Positions 13,031-28,000 of a stretch of 64,000 nt of DNA are shown one piece after another. Origin of the DNA: Tubiluchus corallicola (Eukaryota > Animalia > Priapulida); contig JAQGDQ010000335.1 of assembly GCA_030141605.1 (NCBI GenBank), positions 186,001 to 250,000 of the forward strand. The letters are read 5' to 3'. The notes beneath the pieces were generated by a model. It was not told where the DNA came from and ran no database searches. It was given only the letters and a program-made list of their open reading frames with translations. The position numbers and the translations under genes were made by a program. The stretch's first letter is position 1. The number at the start of each line of letters is the position of its first letter.

Positions 13031-16000
13031 CTGAAAAATGGTACAACATTATATAAAGTAAGATTTCATTAAACCAAAACCAAACTAATACCTGAACTAA
13101 GGCAACAGTGAATTGTTAACCTAGAAAGTAAATGTGTTTAAGTTAAACCTATGTAAATAAAAAATAAGATCAAGCCCGTTTTTGAAACAAACACAGCATA
13201 TTTAGTTTAACAAACATCTTTAGCTGATTCACCAGTTCTGTTCTGAACATTAAGGAATTAATTCACTGTTGCAGGAGGTAAAATGTAATCCTACCTTAGA
13301 GTAAGGTCATAAAAAAGAAAGGATTATCAATAATGAAAAAACGCATACGTATTAAAAATGTTAAACTATTAGCAAAGCAATAACAGTGCTAAGCACAATT
13401 AAAGTAATTTTCGCAGAACTAAAATGACAATTTTAATCTTATATACCTCTGGCTTTCTTTGGTAATGGAAACCATAGCACTGAGATCCTCAGCTCGTTGC
13501 TCCAAAAAGGTAATTCTTTCTCTTGCAATTGGCAGTTCTTCCAGCTACAACATAACAAAAATGAAAGCAAATATTATCAAAACTCCATAAAGGAACAGTT
13601 TCATTTGTTGCTTTGCTATAATGGGATTAGAGCAAAACTAAGTTTCAAATGCACATAAAAGTGTTTTGGAAAGAATCAAAAGAAATGCGTATTGGCAACG
13701 GGAACAGCAGAGTATTTATAGCGTTTCCCTGGTTACAAAGTAGCAACAACCTGGTTAGAAAATGATTGGTTGAGCATTGAGAAAACTTTTTTTGGCAAAT
13801 TCTGCTTCAAAACTTATCCTTGGTAATAAGGCAGGTTATGGTCACACTACAACTATCTACATGAAATAGGACTGTAGTAGAATGCCATATCCCTACTTAC
13901 CTCTTTCTTTATTCGATTGTTTTCATTTCGCAGCTCCCGTATTTCATCATTTCTCATTTCCACAACAGCCTTTAAACTCTCTACCTCTTTGGGCAAGTCT
14001 TTGAACTGTGCCAGTGCCGTCTGTAAAAAACAATTTTATTGCAGAACCTAGAAAGACATTTTATCTGACACATGACGTGCGAATCAAAAATACCAGTATT
14101 TTTTTCAGAATAACTGCCAGATAGAAGCTACTAAGTGGTCTAAAACTGGAGGAACTTACTTGAAACTAAATGCAAGAAACTACTGCCACTTTGGCACATG
14201 AGATAAGAAGAGTTTATTATCTTATTATTTAACTTATTATCTGCGCTCAACAGTCAAATGTAAGTGGTGTAAATACAGAAGCAACTGCAGATATAAATGG
14301 AAAAAGTAATAAATATAATCTTCTAATGTCCTGCACCTCCAACATTTTACCTGAATTTTAGTGTCTGTGTCTTTAAGCATAGCTTCTTCGAACTCCTTCG
14401 ACTTCTGCTGCAGCAACTCAAATTGTTCTTCATATTCAAACAGTTTGACCTGAAACAAAACAACAAACATTTTGTCGAGCCTTGTCGAGTATACAAACAG
14501 CACTGTTATGAACAGGTACTAGTATGACACTTGCAGCTACATTAATATAATGCCGTAATGTAACTTTGTTTGAGTTTTACGTGTTTCAGTTTTGATTAAC
14601 AGTTTACTATAGATGAGTGTTTAGCTAGTATTATGAATAGGCGCTGTAAGTACTGCAGGATGGGAAAGTCACACACCTGTCCTTCAACAAGTGCATAAGT
14701 TGGAAACTAGGCTGTCGTCATATTTTATTTTCGATGGCTTCAGTCAGCATGTTTTTCGCTATGAAGTAAAGACGTTTGCTCTGTACGTTTTACCTGTGGA
14801 CTATGACATTTGCTACATTTTGACATTTAGCATTTTTAGAACTGTGATTACAGTAAAGGTCAGCAACATTTTCGTGCAGTCCAGATATGTTATGAAGAAT
14901 TTTGTGCAATATCGGAATTCACAGCCAAATGGATACTTGGGGCAGTTTGCTTAATCCGTTATGGTGTTACTACTGTTCACGTGAAAGGTTGGATTGAATA
15001 CCACCACATAAATTTACCTGACGCCAGCCTCTGAGGCAGCTAAACTATTCTCGATGTTACCTCACCTACCTAATCTACTGCACAGTGCAGACTTCGTTTC
15101 CAGTGGCATCACCAATGACTTATGTGGCATGCCACAAGATGTTAATGGATAGTGAACCATCTCAGTGTGGACAAGCTTTTCGGTGCACCTCCGTGGAAAG
15201 GGTAATTAGTGACTACCTAATGTATTAGATCTTGATTTGTTTATCTTTCGTTTGAATTTGCCTCGTATTTATTTTTCTTCCATGTCTGGTAAACAACACT
15301 AGTGTCTGAGAAGTTTTGCAACAATTTGAAAGTTTGTTGTTTAAAGTTATAACATGATTTAGATTTGCATTATCTGAAAAACAGCTAAACTCTAGTGATT
15401 AAATATAGTCTTGTTGTCTGAGAGACTGCCTTTGAAAGTATTTTTAATTTTAAACCAAAAGGGAATGCAGCAGTACGGCAAAAGAAAAATATCCTTTTGA
15501 TCATCACAAATTTGTATATTAAATTTTGATCATTTCTATACACAAAAAATAGGTGTTTTTGGAGTGCATCTTTTTGTGAAAGTTTACAAAGTATTTAAAT
15601 AGTAAAAAAATACCATGAATAGTTCACACTTTGTTTGCTAAACACAATAACAGCAACTCAAGGCCGGCATTTAAGATCCCATTCGTGATTCGAACCCACA
15701 TCTTTTGTCTCAAAGTGCGCCCAATAGAAGGACCTAGGGCCAACTCATGCAGTTTCTACTACCATCTGTGTACTACTACCACACCACTCGGCTAGGAATA
15801 CTAGTTTGGGAATTGTTGGAGCAAATCTGGTTTAAATAAAGTACAGAAAACCAACAAATAAAAGCCGGCGTCACAAGCGCACTGCCACATGTTGCAATTT
15901 TTTATTTAGCTAATATAGTATATTTCTCACTTATATGTAAGCTTAACGTTGGTGGCACCAATCTTTTTGCCGACAAAGTAAGTGACAACAAAATATAAAG

Positions 16001-19000
16001 TAAGCAAGAATACATTATTTTCTTATATCATTGAAAAATATGTTCAACAGATTACGTTTTACCAGGATTCAAAGTAAAAAGTGCTTTAAATGTTACCTCA
16101 AGGTCTTGTCTGTCCAGTTCGTGACTTGACTTTAGATCTAACATTTCTTTTTTGTGAATATCCTTGAGTTCTGGAACAAAAAGATGATTGCTTTTAAACA
16201 AATCAAAAGCAAATTGAACAGTAACAATAACAGCAAATTCATTTTTAATATTAAAAGATATATGTCACTACAAAACTCACAACTTAATATGACGAGAAGG
16301 ACTCCACTTCTACAGCATTATTAATTTGGAGATAACATTTCAAACAATGTCCTATGATCCTAATGGTCCCACAAATCAAGTGAAAACAAAATCAGTCAAA
16401 ACTCAGTTAACTGGTTAACTGCTTTGGCACTTACTAAAACAAATTTATGGCATACGAAAACATATTTACTTTTCAACAAATACATTGATGTATCTAATCT
16501 TTTACAATAATGTTATACTGTTATCGCTGTCATGGAATTTAAAGTTCGTAATTGTGCCTGCCATGAACACACCCACGTTTTACTATACTTACCTCGAAGC
16601 TGTAGGGCATGCTTTTCTTTCAGCTGATTTTGCTGTCGATCGTGTGATTTCGATAAATCTTCCCGGTGCATCTCATTCAACATCTCTAACTCAGAAATCT
16701 AAGCATATTTAACAAATCATTAATTTTCCAATAGCTATAACAATAAATGATTCTCATGCATCAGCAGATAATTTTGAAAATCACAAGATGATAGGGTTCT
16801 TAAAAATGCATGAAAACTTGGTAATTAGCATCTGAAAATTTCATTTCAAATAATTCACACCAGACAAACACTAGAGGAAAACAAATTTTGTATTTCCACA
16901 ATAATCACATTTTTGTTCCATATTCTCATAACAAAGAGTACATGATAGTCTGGACCATTTGCTTTAATGCTGCATTACTCAGTATGCAAATACAAGAAGG
17001 CATGCATTTTACTTTATTAGAAAATGCCATAAATTGCATACAAAAACATCAAGGTTATGTAGAGATAGTGTGTAAACCTTAAACTAACTTATTAATTTGC
17101 CAAAGAAAGGCTATAATAAACATTCATCTCCTTCCTGATATGCTGAAAGTAAAACTTAAAACTAAAACTAGCTGCAGGGCACGGTTCATTATATATGAAG
17201 GCAAGCTAAATGTAAGATAAAAACAGCAATGGATAAAGTAAAATTAAAAATGAAAAGTAAGTGAATAAAAAATGCTGTCTAAAAATAAGTGAATAAAATA
17301 ATGTAAGTAGTGCTTTAACTTTAAAGTTTGGGGATATATGAAAAAACATTTAGCAACATAAGAACAACTAACCTCTTTGTCGTGAATCAACTTCAAGTCC
17401 TCAATATCTTTCTTGTGCTCTTTGTCCACTGTGAAAATAATATAAAAATGATAACAGATGCAGTCCTACAGTGTTTACCAAAATGAACTCTCTAAATGCT
17501 CATCTTGCCAATTTAAATGTGTAGCACGAAATACTAACATCTGATTTCTGTCTCTTTCTGCTGCTGTGCAAACGATGAACGGAGAGATTCCAGTACTTCT
17601 TGGTGACTGTTCTCTAATGCAACTACTTGACAGTGATGGCAGTCAGTAAGTGAAACAATTTCTCGTTGCAAAGATTCTTGCTCTAACTTGAGGTCAACTG
17701 CAATTGAAAATAGAATTTTAGCATTGATTAGAGATCTCGCAAATAAACTAATTGTGACAAGAGCGCTGTTTTTCTGAGTTTAATTTCTCTATAACAGAAT
17801 AAGGGACAATTATTTCAGTATTAATGAATACTTGCAAAAAATAGCCAAACATGCTAAGATAGTGGAAACCACACAGTGTGGCTTAGAACAGCCCATTGTT
17901 ACATGATTTGTATATAAAATCTACAAAAGATTTATTACGTGCAAAGTCCTTTTAAAGCATTGTCCTTTTCAAGACAACAAAATAAGTAAATGCCAAACAG
18001 TTAAGGATTTGTAACCTGTAGTGAGAGGCTAAATAATGGTTAGTTAATTTATAGCATAATTAAGAATACCACTAGTAGTTTATGGAGTAACCTGTTACAA
18101 GTTACCTATGGTTTTGTTGGCCTCAGTTAAGCATGCATTGACTTCAGCCAATTGTGATTTCAGATGTGGTGTCTCAAATGCATCCAGCTGAAACAATTAA
18201 GTCACAAAATAAAAATTTACAAAGAAATTTCATTATACAAAATGCCATCAGAAAACACTTGACTTCAGCTTTGTAAAACAAGATATGATTTTTGATTGAA
18301 AAGGTACTGTCAAACAGGTACAGCTAAAATTATAAACTTCAATATAGCTTGTTTGAATGAGGTTCAATAGAAGTAATTGCACAGAAGAAAAACAGACAAA
18401 AACAAGATAACTGATGAAATAAATCGTCTGAACATTGCACAGACTGTAATGTGCTGCCGCCTGCTGGCAAAGCAAAAATGGAATTGCAGAAATAGCAAAA
18501 ACAACACAAACAAATGTCTGGCTTGAGAACTATGACTTCATTAAGTGATGTAGAACAAGACACATTTGTAATCAGATACCCTTGACAAGCTGTCACGTTG
18601 ACAAGCCGTTTCAACAATTTCTCAACTTTGTAAGAGACAAACATTTAGTAGGTAAACATAAGAATAAGACAAGAGCCCAAAGCAAAAATAATTTAAGAAA
18701 TTAAGAATGAAATAAAGAAATTAACAACCTAAGTAGTTATACAACATGTTAGGTACAATATGGAAAAAGTACCAGTGACAGGTCAAGTATCAACCTACCT
18801 GTTCAGTAAGATATCGTACAAGTATTGTCATTGCATCAAATGCCTTCTCACACTGCGCAAGTTGAAGTTTCACGGTACATAATTCCTTGTTACGAGCATC
18901 ACATACTCCCTCCAACCGGGAAATTTCCTGTTGTGCCTGGTTGATTCGAGACTGTGCAGGAGGGAGCACATCTGGGATACCTCCTGACCGGACAATGTTG

Positions 19001-22000
19001 CCATTCTTCTGTTGCAGCTTAGTACGTGATTGGTCTGAAATAAAAAAGAACAATCAGATATAAGAGTTGCATTAGGAAAAACCAACTGAAAGAACTTTCG
19101 TAAGAAAATGGGTGCTGTTGCATTCTGCAAGTAATAAAATTCTTGTTACTTATACACCAATTTAGGCAAAATTTCGAAACAAAAGAACCTCATAAACACC
19201 TGCAGCAATTCATTTTGAGTTTATCTAGTACAAACTTCAAACTGAGCAATATAGTCAGCTATTGGAATTTGGAAATTGGCAAAAAACCCTCATTTGATGG
19301 TTCTTGTGAAAAGTAAATCCTTTCCAGAAATGAAAACAAACCAACTCCAATAAAGGAAAAGAAAAAAGGCCTATTAGACTATTAAAATATTTAAATGGAA
19401 TATCAATTTATATTGAATCGAGTAAAGATATTGTAACAAATTCAAAATTAAAAATCAAGTTGATCTTATTTATCACGAAACTCATCACTGTCGACATTCT
19501 TCACTAGCTGTCAAATCATCTTGCCAATGAGCTGCCATAAGTAAGTTGAGTTCCTACTGGACTTTCTGAAAAGACCAAATCCCCAGTAGAGCAAATCAGC
19601 TGTAGAATGCATTGAGGTTCTCAAGATACACATGATTACAGATTAATTTTACATCACATGCTTATTGTCATGCAGGAAGAAAAGGTTGAACATTTCAATC
19701 ATCTTAACTAGTAACACTTCTAAAAGTAATTAATTATCGCAATCATAATTTCAAGATACATGAGATATGCTAAACACTACTGTTTGCCGAACTAAAAATA
19801 AAGTATTTAGTCCAACTACATTAATAAGGAAAGCGTCCCTGCAACCAATTAGCCTATCCATTTTTTTAATTGCTAATATAAGAAAAGACCTAGTTTATCA
19901 AGAACTGACCAGAAGCGGAGATGATCAAACAGGCCTACAAGGGAATTAGATTTTTACAAAATAACCTAGAAGACTGAGATCCATCACCCAAATTTCTCTT
20001 TTGCACTGGACCTCCCATACGTTTACATTTCCACCCAAGTGACCAGTGAAGTTTTATGACAGGGCGACCCGGACAAATTGTGCCGAATATTGTCCAGGTA
20101 CACGATTTCGTAGATGGTTCCTACTATTGACAGCAAATATAAGCAGTCCAACTTTATTGTGATTAAAGTAGTGGGATTTCTTCTATTGACCTTCATGCTT
20201 TTCTGAGGAAAAACGTTAACTTTTTAACGTTCGTCTTTCAGGGTTTGATTTCTACACGAAATACGAAGACACTGCCTAGCCTAGAACTCTGCTCGTATTA
20301 CAACAGAGGGTACAACTAGACTCAGGAAGGGATTATTTGAATCTAGGCCGACCAAACCGAAAACGATAACACAGGAGGCAGTTGGGTAATCCTAACCAGA
20401 AGCTTAACTACACTGAAAGCTTATAGAATTATGGATGCTGCAGTTCATGTGATAACGTCTCATCATCAGAGCCTTACAACTTGCAAGTAAATCATCAACT
20501 GCTGCAACCTGTAAAAATTCAGAGGCACAAATTCTACTTCAATGTACATTTCTGCGTCATTAAGTGTTTTACTTTAATCCAAGAGCAAAAGGGAGGGTCT
20601 CCAGCTCCATTCTGTACATAAAATTTTCGAAAATTCTTTTAAGAAAATGATTATAAACTGTGAGACTTCATTCTCCAAAATAATTATGCATACAATGAGT
20701 TTGTTGTATGGTATAGGTTGAATGCATTCATTACTGCCAAGGTGTTCTATTAGACGGTGCAGAATGGTAGACTGTTTAAGAAAGAAGAAAGGAGAACAAA
20801 CTGACATAAAGCTGACATAAAACTGAACGTCTGTGGCATGCATTTTTTAATTTAGCTAGTTGAAATGCCTAACCTATTTGCTGCATGGCACGGGTGAAAC
20901 AAAAGCTGGACAAACTAAATAAAACGCGACCAACATTTTTGCCATTTTAGTCTATGCACTGATATGCACATTGCACAAAGTTGTCTAGAAAGGAACAATA
21001 GCCTTGCGTGTATCACCTTCCATGACCCATGACCAACAATACCTTGGGGCTATCAACTAACAAGTCTCTGCAATTTTCTTTTGAAAAGATGAATAGCAGT
21101 CGGGTCTTAACTTAACGTTAATGAAAATGGTAAAATAGCCATCTTAACGACTTACATAAGGAGGGTGTAACATAACGAAAAATATGATGCAATAAATTAT
21201 TTTAAAGATTTTCTTGTTGCAAACATGAAAACTAAAAACAAGGCAAGACCTATTCACTATTGGACTGGATGACATATTCGCACAGCCACACATTATTTGC
21301 CCTCATCAGTCAATTGTGTCAATTCCTCAAGCACCATTAACCTTGCCAGCTTTTCGACGAAAGACGTATTTTTTTCAAAAACAAAATTGCTGTTAATGAT
21401 TTCTACCCAGTTTTGTAATATGAATCACGGAGCACATTGTTTGTCCAGCTAATCAGAATTCTTATAACAAATTTGCAAACATTTTTCTATAGAAATACAA
21501 TTAGTAGGGAATTACTTTATGGTGAAAAATTCCGCAAGTAGCGACCCAAGGAAGGAAAATTAGCAGTAGATGCACGATCAGAACAGCTATGCCCTTAGAT
21601 CTGCGAGAATTGTAATTTCTCAGTTTTGAGTTCTAGCTGTAAAGCATGTAAGCGCAAAGTTATTTGCGAAAAGAAGCGGTTTTGAATGAAACCTGAGTGC
21701 ACACAAAGTTCTTCACTGGACTGTTTGAACTAGCTCTAGCAGATACATATTTTTCGTCACTTGTGTTTATCTTCCAACTTCTAATTAACTTATCATGTAC
21801 CAAGTGCTGAAGTTTAGAAGCAGTTTTCCTACACCACTGGCTGAGTTGTGTTGATGGGTTCTTGGCCTACTTGGCTTACACCTTGAGCACACGTTCTTTG
21901 TCTGCTCCCGGAGATGCTACTCAACATGTGGTAGTAATCGCCGGGAGTTATTTTCAGCTGTTACTAGTACTTTGTTTCTGCATATGCTTTCTGTACGTTA

Positions 22001-25000
22001 TCAACAATCGCGATGTGGTCCCATGGTGTTCTGTTTGTAAGATGCTTGGCAAATGTGCAAGAGAGAACCATGATTGAGTGACGTCCGAGACACGAAATTG
22101 TATTGCAGTAACAAGCAAAGCTTCTACATACAGTATGCTGATAGTATTTAAATAAATTCGAATTAATTTTACACAGAAGATGATTAACGCCAAGCACAGA
22201 TGTCATAAAAAACAAAACTTTCGGGAAAAATGTAGTTTCATCAAATCATGCTTCTTTGGAAGTTATATAGGCCGACTAACAGATACAGTGACTAAGTAGA
22301 GCTATTTTAATAAACCACATTTATATAAAGATTATTTATAGTTTAACAAAATTAGCGCCAATTCTTGTGCTGCAGCAGTAAATGTGGTGAGCCAGCTAAA
22401 GTCAGTTTTATTTGAAAAAAGTATCACTTGATTTTGAAAAAAATTAAAGTAAACTGGCAATTAGTCAGACAGACTAACAATCAATCATCTTACCTGCTCG
22501 GCGAGTATAACATTTTAAGTGTGTGATAATTTCAAATAAGTTCCTCTCTACCACCCTGCTGGCATTCTCTAGTCTTTCTGCATATAGCCGTATCTTCTCC
22601 TTGTGATTTTGTCCGAAGAAACCAGGACGATAGGTGGACAAAATGACGCAATCATCGCCACTGTTGCTCATAATGAAAGACTGCTTTTTCTAGTTCCTGT
22701 GAAATCACAGTTGGCGCAGATTTGCAAAAGTTAATTTTCAACACAAAGATTTAGTTCCTGTGAAATCACAGTTGACGCAGATTTGCAAAAGTTAATTTTC
22801 AACACAAAGATTGCATTGAAATTATTAGTAATGTCACCAAGACGTCCTACATTAGGCTCAGCTACACATAAACTCAAGGGCGCAGAGCGACTAATCGAGG
22901 CGGAAATAAAAGTTAAAAATCATTGAAAACTAATCAAAACGCTTCTGATCTAGAATTAATTACCGATTACCATCTATTTAGAACTACAATAATGACGAAA
23001 TCGTTCATCAATCACGTAAATTCGTCAATCAAGTTTTTTGCACAATTAATCGCGTTTTAATGAGTTCACGAGTCCGCGAAACAGGTATAAGATTGCTAGC
23101 AAACCAAGTTGCTTTGTGATGTATATGGGCTTAACTAATCTTTACCTGCAGGTATTTACCAGGTATATAATGTAAGCATGCTTGGATAAGCAAAGTGATC
23201 TAGATTAAACCTATATATGTATTTTGTTTTGCGTACAATGGTACCGAACAACAGCTCTTCCAAAACACACTCATGTACACAAGGTACTTTTCTGCTTCTG
23301 ACAAGAATTTACAACAATTTTTACATGCAGTTTGATAGCATAACAAATCATCTAATGCTATTAAAATCTCTCGAGACAACAGAGTGGTTTACATGAGATA
23401 CCATTTGTTATCTTAGTCTTGCATAGGATGTAAAATCATCAATAACAGGGCCCTAGTGCAGTTCACAAATCAGATTGTATGAGCGACGGATATCTCTAGA
23501 GAGTAGAGAAATATAAAAATAAACTCAAAAAGCAATAAACTTCCAGAGAGTTAGTAATGAACTGGAAAGAGTAACGTTGTGAGAAACCAACATACGCACC
23601 CAGTGCGGAAAAAACCAACGATCGGCAGAATTAGGAAAGAATTAACGCCGGGCTCATAGCGTAAACACTCGGTAAAGAAAAGCAAGGGAATGCGCTGTGG
23701 CGGAAAATAAACAGCGTGTGAATATTTTAAGAACAAACACGAACTCGAGAGTCATTAAATTCGAGTTATATTAAACAGTGTTAAGTAATGAAGAAAAAAC
23801 ATAACACTGAGGAATTTACTATTGGCTTGAGAAGTGCTTGAACGCATGCAGGGTGTAAATATTGTCACGAGATCGGTTACTAAGATCACAAAAAGAAGCG
23901 GCGAAAAATCACTTTTAAATACTCCTTACTTTTATAAGTAAGTAATTATGCACTTAGCCACAATTCAAAAAGATTAGACAGTGAATCTCCAACCTACTAA
24001 TTGTACATAATAGTATTTAAATACCAGCAGTTTTCGATCCAGCTTGTCCACACATTAGATTGTAGGCCAAATGCTATCTGACTAGACTGGATTTAATCTA
24101 TACTTGCAGGCCCACCGAGATCTAATGGTAATGAGAATTATAACAACTCCATTACTTATTTATTAAGCAATCACAAATATCCTGACAAGATTTACAGTAA
24201 TACCGGTGGCAAAAGTCCACGTCTTGATGCCTTTAAACCTTACTATGTATTTGCAGGTAAGTCGTCTACTCGTGTTTGGAGTAAAGCACATTCTGCAGCC
24301 AAAACCTACCAAACGTTTTCTCGTTTTAAAACTTGAGTAGCTTGAAAGAACTTTCACGGTAGTAGTTATCCACACGTTTAATTTCAAAATTATTAATTAG
24401 TTATGAAGCAGTCAGGTCCATGACCACTGGTTCACACAGCCCCTTGTGATCTCAGAAGTCTCATATTAATCCTAGTAGCCCATCAACTAAAAATAACTAA
24501 TTGTTATATTTCTAACATTATACGCACTAATTAGTAGAACAACTAATGTAGAGGAATTATCAACCAATCAATCAACAAATTAAAATTTCTTTTCTGCTAC
24601 ATTGTAGTTTGAAACCTAAGTCTAAAACAACCAAAGGGAGGTACAGGCGTTATTTGTAATTCTAATGTCAACACCATCAACTAAGGATCGACTAAACATC
24701 GACTTTTACCGAAAAGAAATGTAAAAGCCAGGAATGAATCTAAATTTGAATTAGGGACCTTGGATTGCATTTACGCTTAAAAGCTGAAACATATCTAGGT
24801 CAGTGAAAGAAATTGATTAAGGTTAAAATGATATTACATAAAAGCGCCATTATTCTTGGTGTTTGCAGAACAGTTGCAGGTGTCAAGTCACCTTCAACAT
24901 GACCAGCACCTTTCATGACACTTTACGCGTATTTTAAACTAAGTAACAAGTTGCAGAACTCCTGATTAATGAAAACTACTAGCCAACTTGGTTTAGAAAA

Positions 25001-28000
25001 TTTAACCTCAGACTTCACCTGCGACAGCCCGCAGGGATACTGCAGGCAATCAAAGCTCGGTAATACATTGTCAGCAGAACAGGCTAGTTCAGCCTTGTAG
25101 GACGCAATGCTTACTGAAGTTGTTTTACCTACATTCACTGCGCTCTTAACAAACTTGTAATAAATGTATAATATAAAGAGAACTTCCAACGCACTATCTT
25201 ATTTTTATTCGTTACTACAACGGTTTTTAATTGCTGCAAAATACCGTATGAGAAATTAGCCAACCTTAGTACTCAGCAGGCTGCACAGTACTCCAAATCA
25301 CAACTACGGGAAAATTTGCTAACTAACCAATTAACCAAAAATGCGTATTGTTAAGCCTGTCTTGATTAAGGCTTAGCTAATCATGGTAAATTACACCGAA
25401 CCACTTTCACCAATAGTAATTGTCTTGATCCAGTTTTACTTTTTATGTGCCATAGGGGGCAAAAATCATTCCCAAGTCCAAAATGAGGCTTAGGGGTGAA
25501 CAAAAGAATTTTGTCGAAAAAACGGAATTTAGTGAAACGTGTTAGCAATCAAGAGAAACAGGCAAAATAAGGCAAACCTTGACACCATTACAGCCACGAA
25601 AAATTATACTCCTAATATGCAATATTCTGAACCAACACGAAAACAGCACAAGACAAAACATTGGTTAACTGCGGAAACTGAGCACACAGTGTTTAAAAGT
25701 CGTAGCTTTTACTATTTCAATAATATTTTTAGTAGAAGCGATGTAGACGTTATTAGAGCGTAGTATACAGAGCTACGGAATTACAAGGTGATACAAGCTA
25801 AAACCTCTAGAAATTTCTGTTGTTTCATACGGGCAAGCGTACGCAAGAGCTGATTACGTAATTACATGCCAAATCAAATGCCTTTTTCTCAGGCTGACAC
25901 ATAAATTACGGAATTACGGATATAATTAGTTTATTACTAATTTAACCACTAATTACTTATCGCATTATCTTATTACTAATGTGGTGGTGAATGGTGACGA
26001 TAATTCACCCAACTATTTACTAGCCAGGCACAACGTTCATAGCCAAAAACGTGCATCGTGGCCACTCACCCTTTCCCTAGTCCTTCGATTGTCGTGATAA
26101 AAACGATGGCGACAGTTGTTATAATAATGACAAGATGACAATGCTGATACTGAAGAAAGCAATTATGACAATAAATGGTAACACTTGATAATAAACAAAG
26201 ACACAAGGAATTTCATATCAGCTAAGAAAAGAAATGAAAATTCTAGAATCCTGAAAGATACAAAGATTCAATACGATAGACACAACGTATTTTTTGGCAG
26301 GAGGGCAGTGTTAATAGAATACTTGTGAGCTACTTCTATTTCACTGTATATCCTGTGCTTGAGAACAGCAAATCACACAGCATCTTCAGCACGATGAGAT
26401 CTTGCAACGTTAAACCGTCTCAGTCTCGAGGGACAAACAATAAAAACGAGAAAAACATTTTTACCATATGTGTAACTTGCATAATGAAAGAGAATGAGGC
26501 GCGTCACGCTCTTCATCATCATCAAGAAGTGGCTATTACGCAATTTCCTTTTGCGTACGTCCATCGAAAAATGTATCCATCGAAGCCGTAGTACATTACT
26601 GAAATGCTGACCATAGTTTTTTCGAGTATTAATAATATAGCTTTTGTTACAGGCTTGACTATGTAGTTGGCAGAGACTAAGCAAAAGAAGTGAAAAAAGA
26701 CCTAGAAAACTAATCATTTGGTTGTTAGGATGAAAATTTACGGTATGCTAGCTTACTACGTTACGTTGCTGATGCTTAACAACTCTATATAAAAGTTGCA
26801 AATCGTTTACAGGAGATGACATTAACGCACCATTTAGAGGAGATGACATTACGCTGACAGCTATGTCCTCATACCGCTCAAAACCCATTTAAGCTTTCTA
26901 TACAACGAAAATTAATGCAGCAAAAATGCAAACTGAATACTGTTCTCTGCAGCCGCGCAAATCTTCCAAAAGACTAATTAAATTAAAAGTGAAAATCACT
27001 TCTAAGAAGTGACAAATACGACTTAAATAAATTCACTATAATCATTACACTTACCGAATTCATGACGGTGATAACCACCCAGTTTTCCTCTTGACAGTCT
27101 TGGCACCCTCTTTACTGGCTTAGATTCAAGCAAAGTTGATTTATGTAAATATTCCGTGTTCGACTCATGACTGCTTTCTGGGCTGTCTTCAACTGGTTTA
27201 CGAACAGATTTTGTCAATGGATGGACATCTCTTTTTACAGCATTCTCTGGCGTTTTTTCTTTGTCTAATTCTACACCATGACTAGTTTTAGTATTGTATA
27301 CTTCAGTTTTCTGGCTATGATACTTACTGTGCCTCTGTCTCATGTGGGGCAGTCTAGAGGACTTTTCATGAATGGGCTGGTTTGACGGGACCTTGCTTGC
27401 ATCAACTACATTTCTTAATTTAGATGCATCACCTATCTTCAATAGTTCACCAGTATCACAAATGGCAGGAACAACAGCTTTTTCGCTACCAGGTTTTGTT
27501 TCAGGCAGTCCAACGGCAACATTGTCTTTAACATTGCTATCCCCTTCTGCACCACTTGTCTTGAAGGTCTGTTCTGTTTGCTTTTGTTTTACATCAATCA
27601 CATAGTTCACATAGCTTTCTTCTAAGGCACTTGTATCTTGATTTGCAGTCAAAGGCTTTTTATTTAGTGGAGGGATGTTGGTAGATGTTGGACCTTTAGT
27701 TTCAGAATTACTTTTATAAGCACAATCACTTTCAATCTTGGCATTTGAGGATACAGCAGAACTTTCTTGTTGAATGGTAACTGGTGTCACATTCTTATAA
27801 GATTCTAACTCAGACGTAACCTTCACTGGTTTTACTTGCAGAACAACAGAATCATGATAAGATGAACCTTCAGTTATGTTTGAATTATTTTTATGGGAAA
27901 ATGAGTTTAAATCAAAGTCCTTCACTTGTTCAGATTTCGTTTTCAGCGGTTTAACATTTAGCTGTTCTCTTTCACTTTTTTGTGACTTTGGATCAAGTTC

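Noticed and set aside
26070-26250. Exon-like hydrophobic segment with a GTGAGT donor (possible transmembrane ATIP4-like exon)
   Set aside because: No ATG-initiated frame reaches the donor in phase 1
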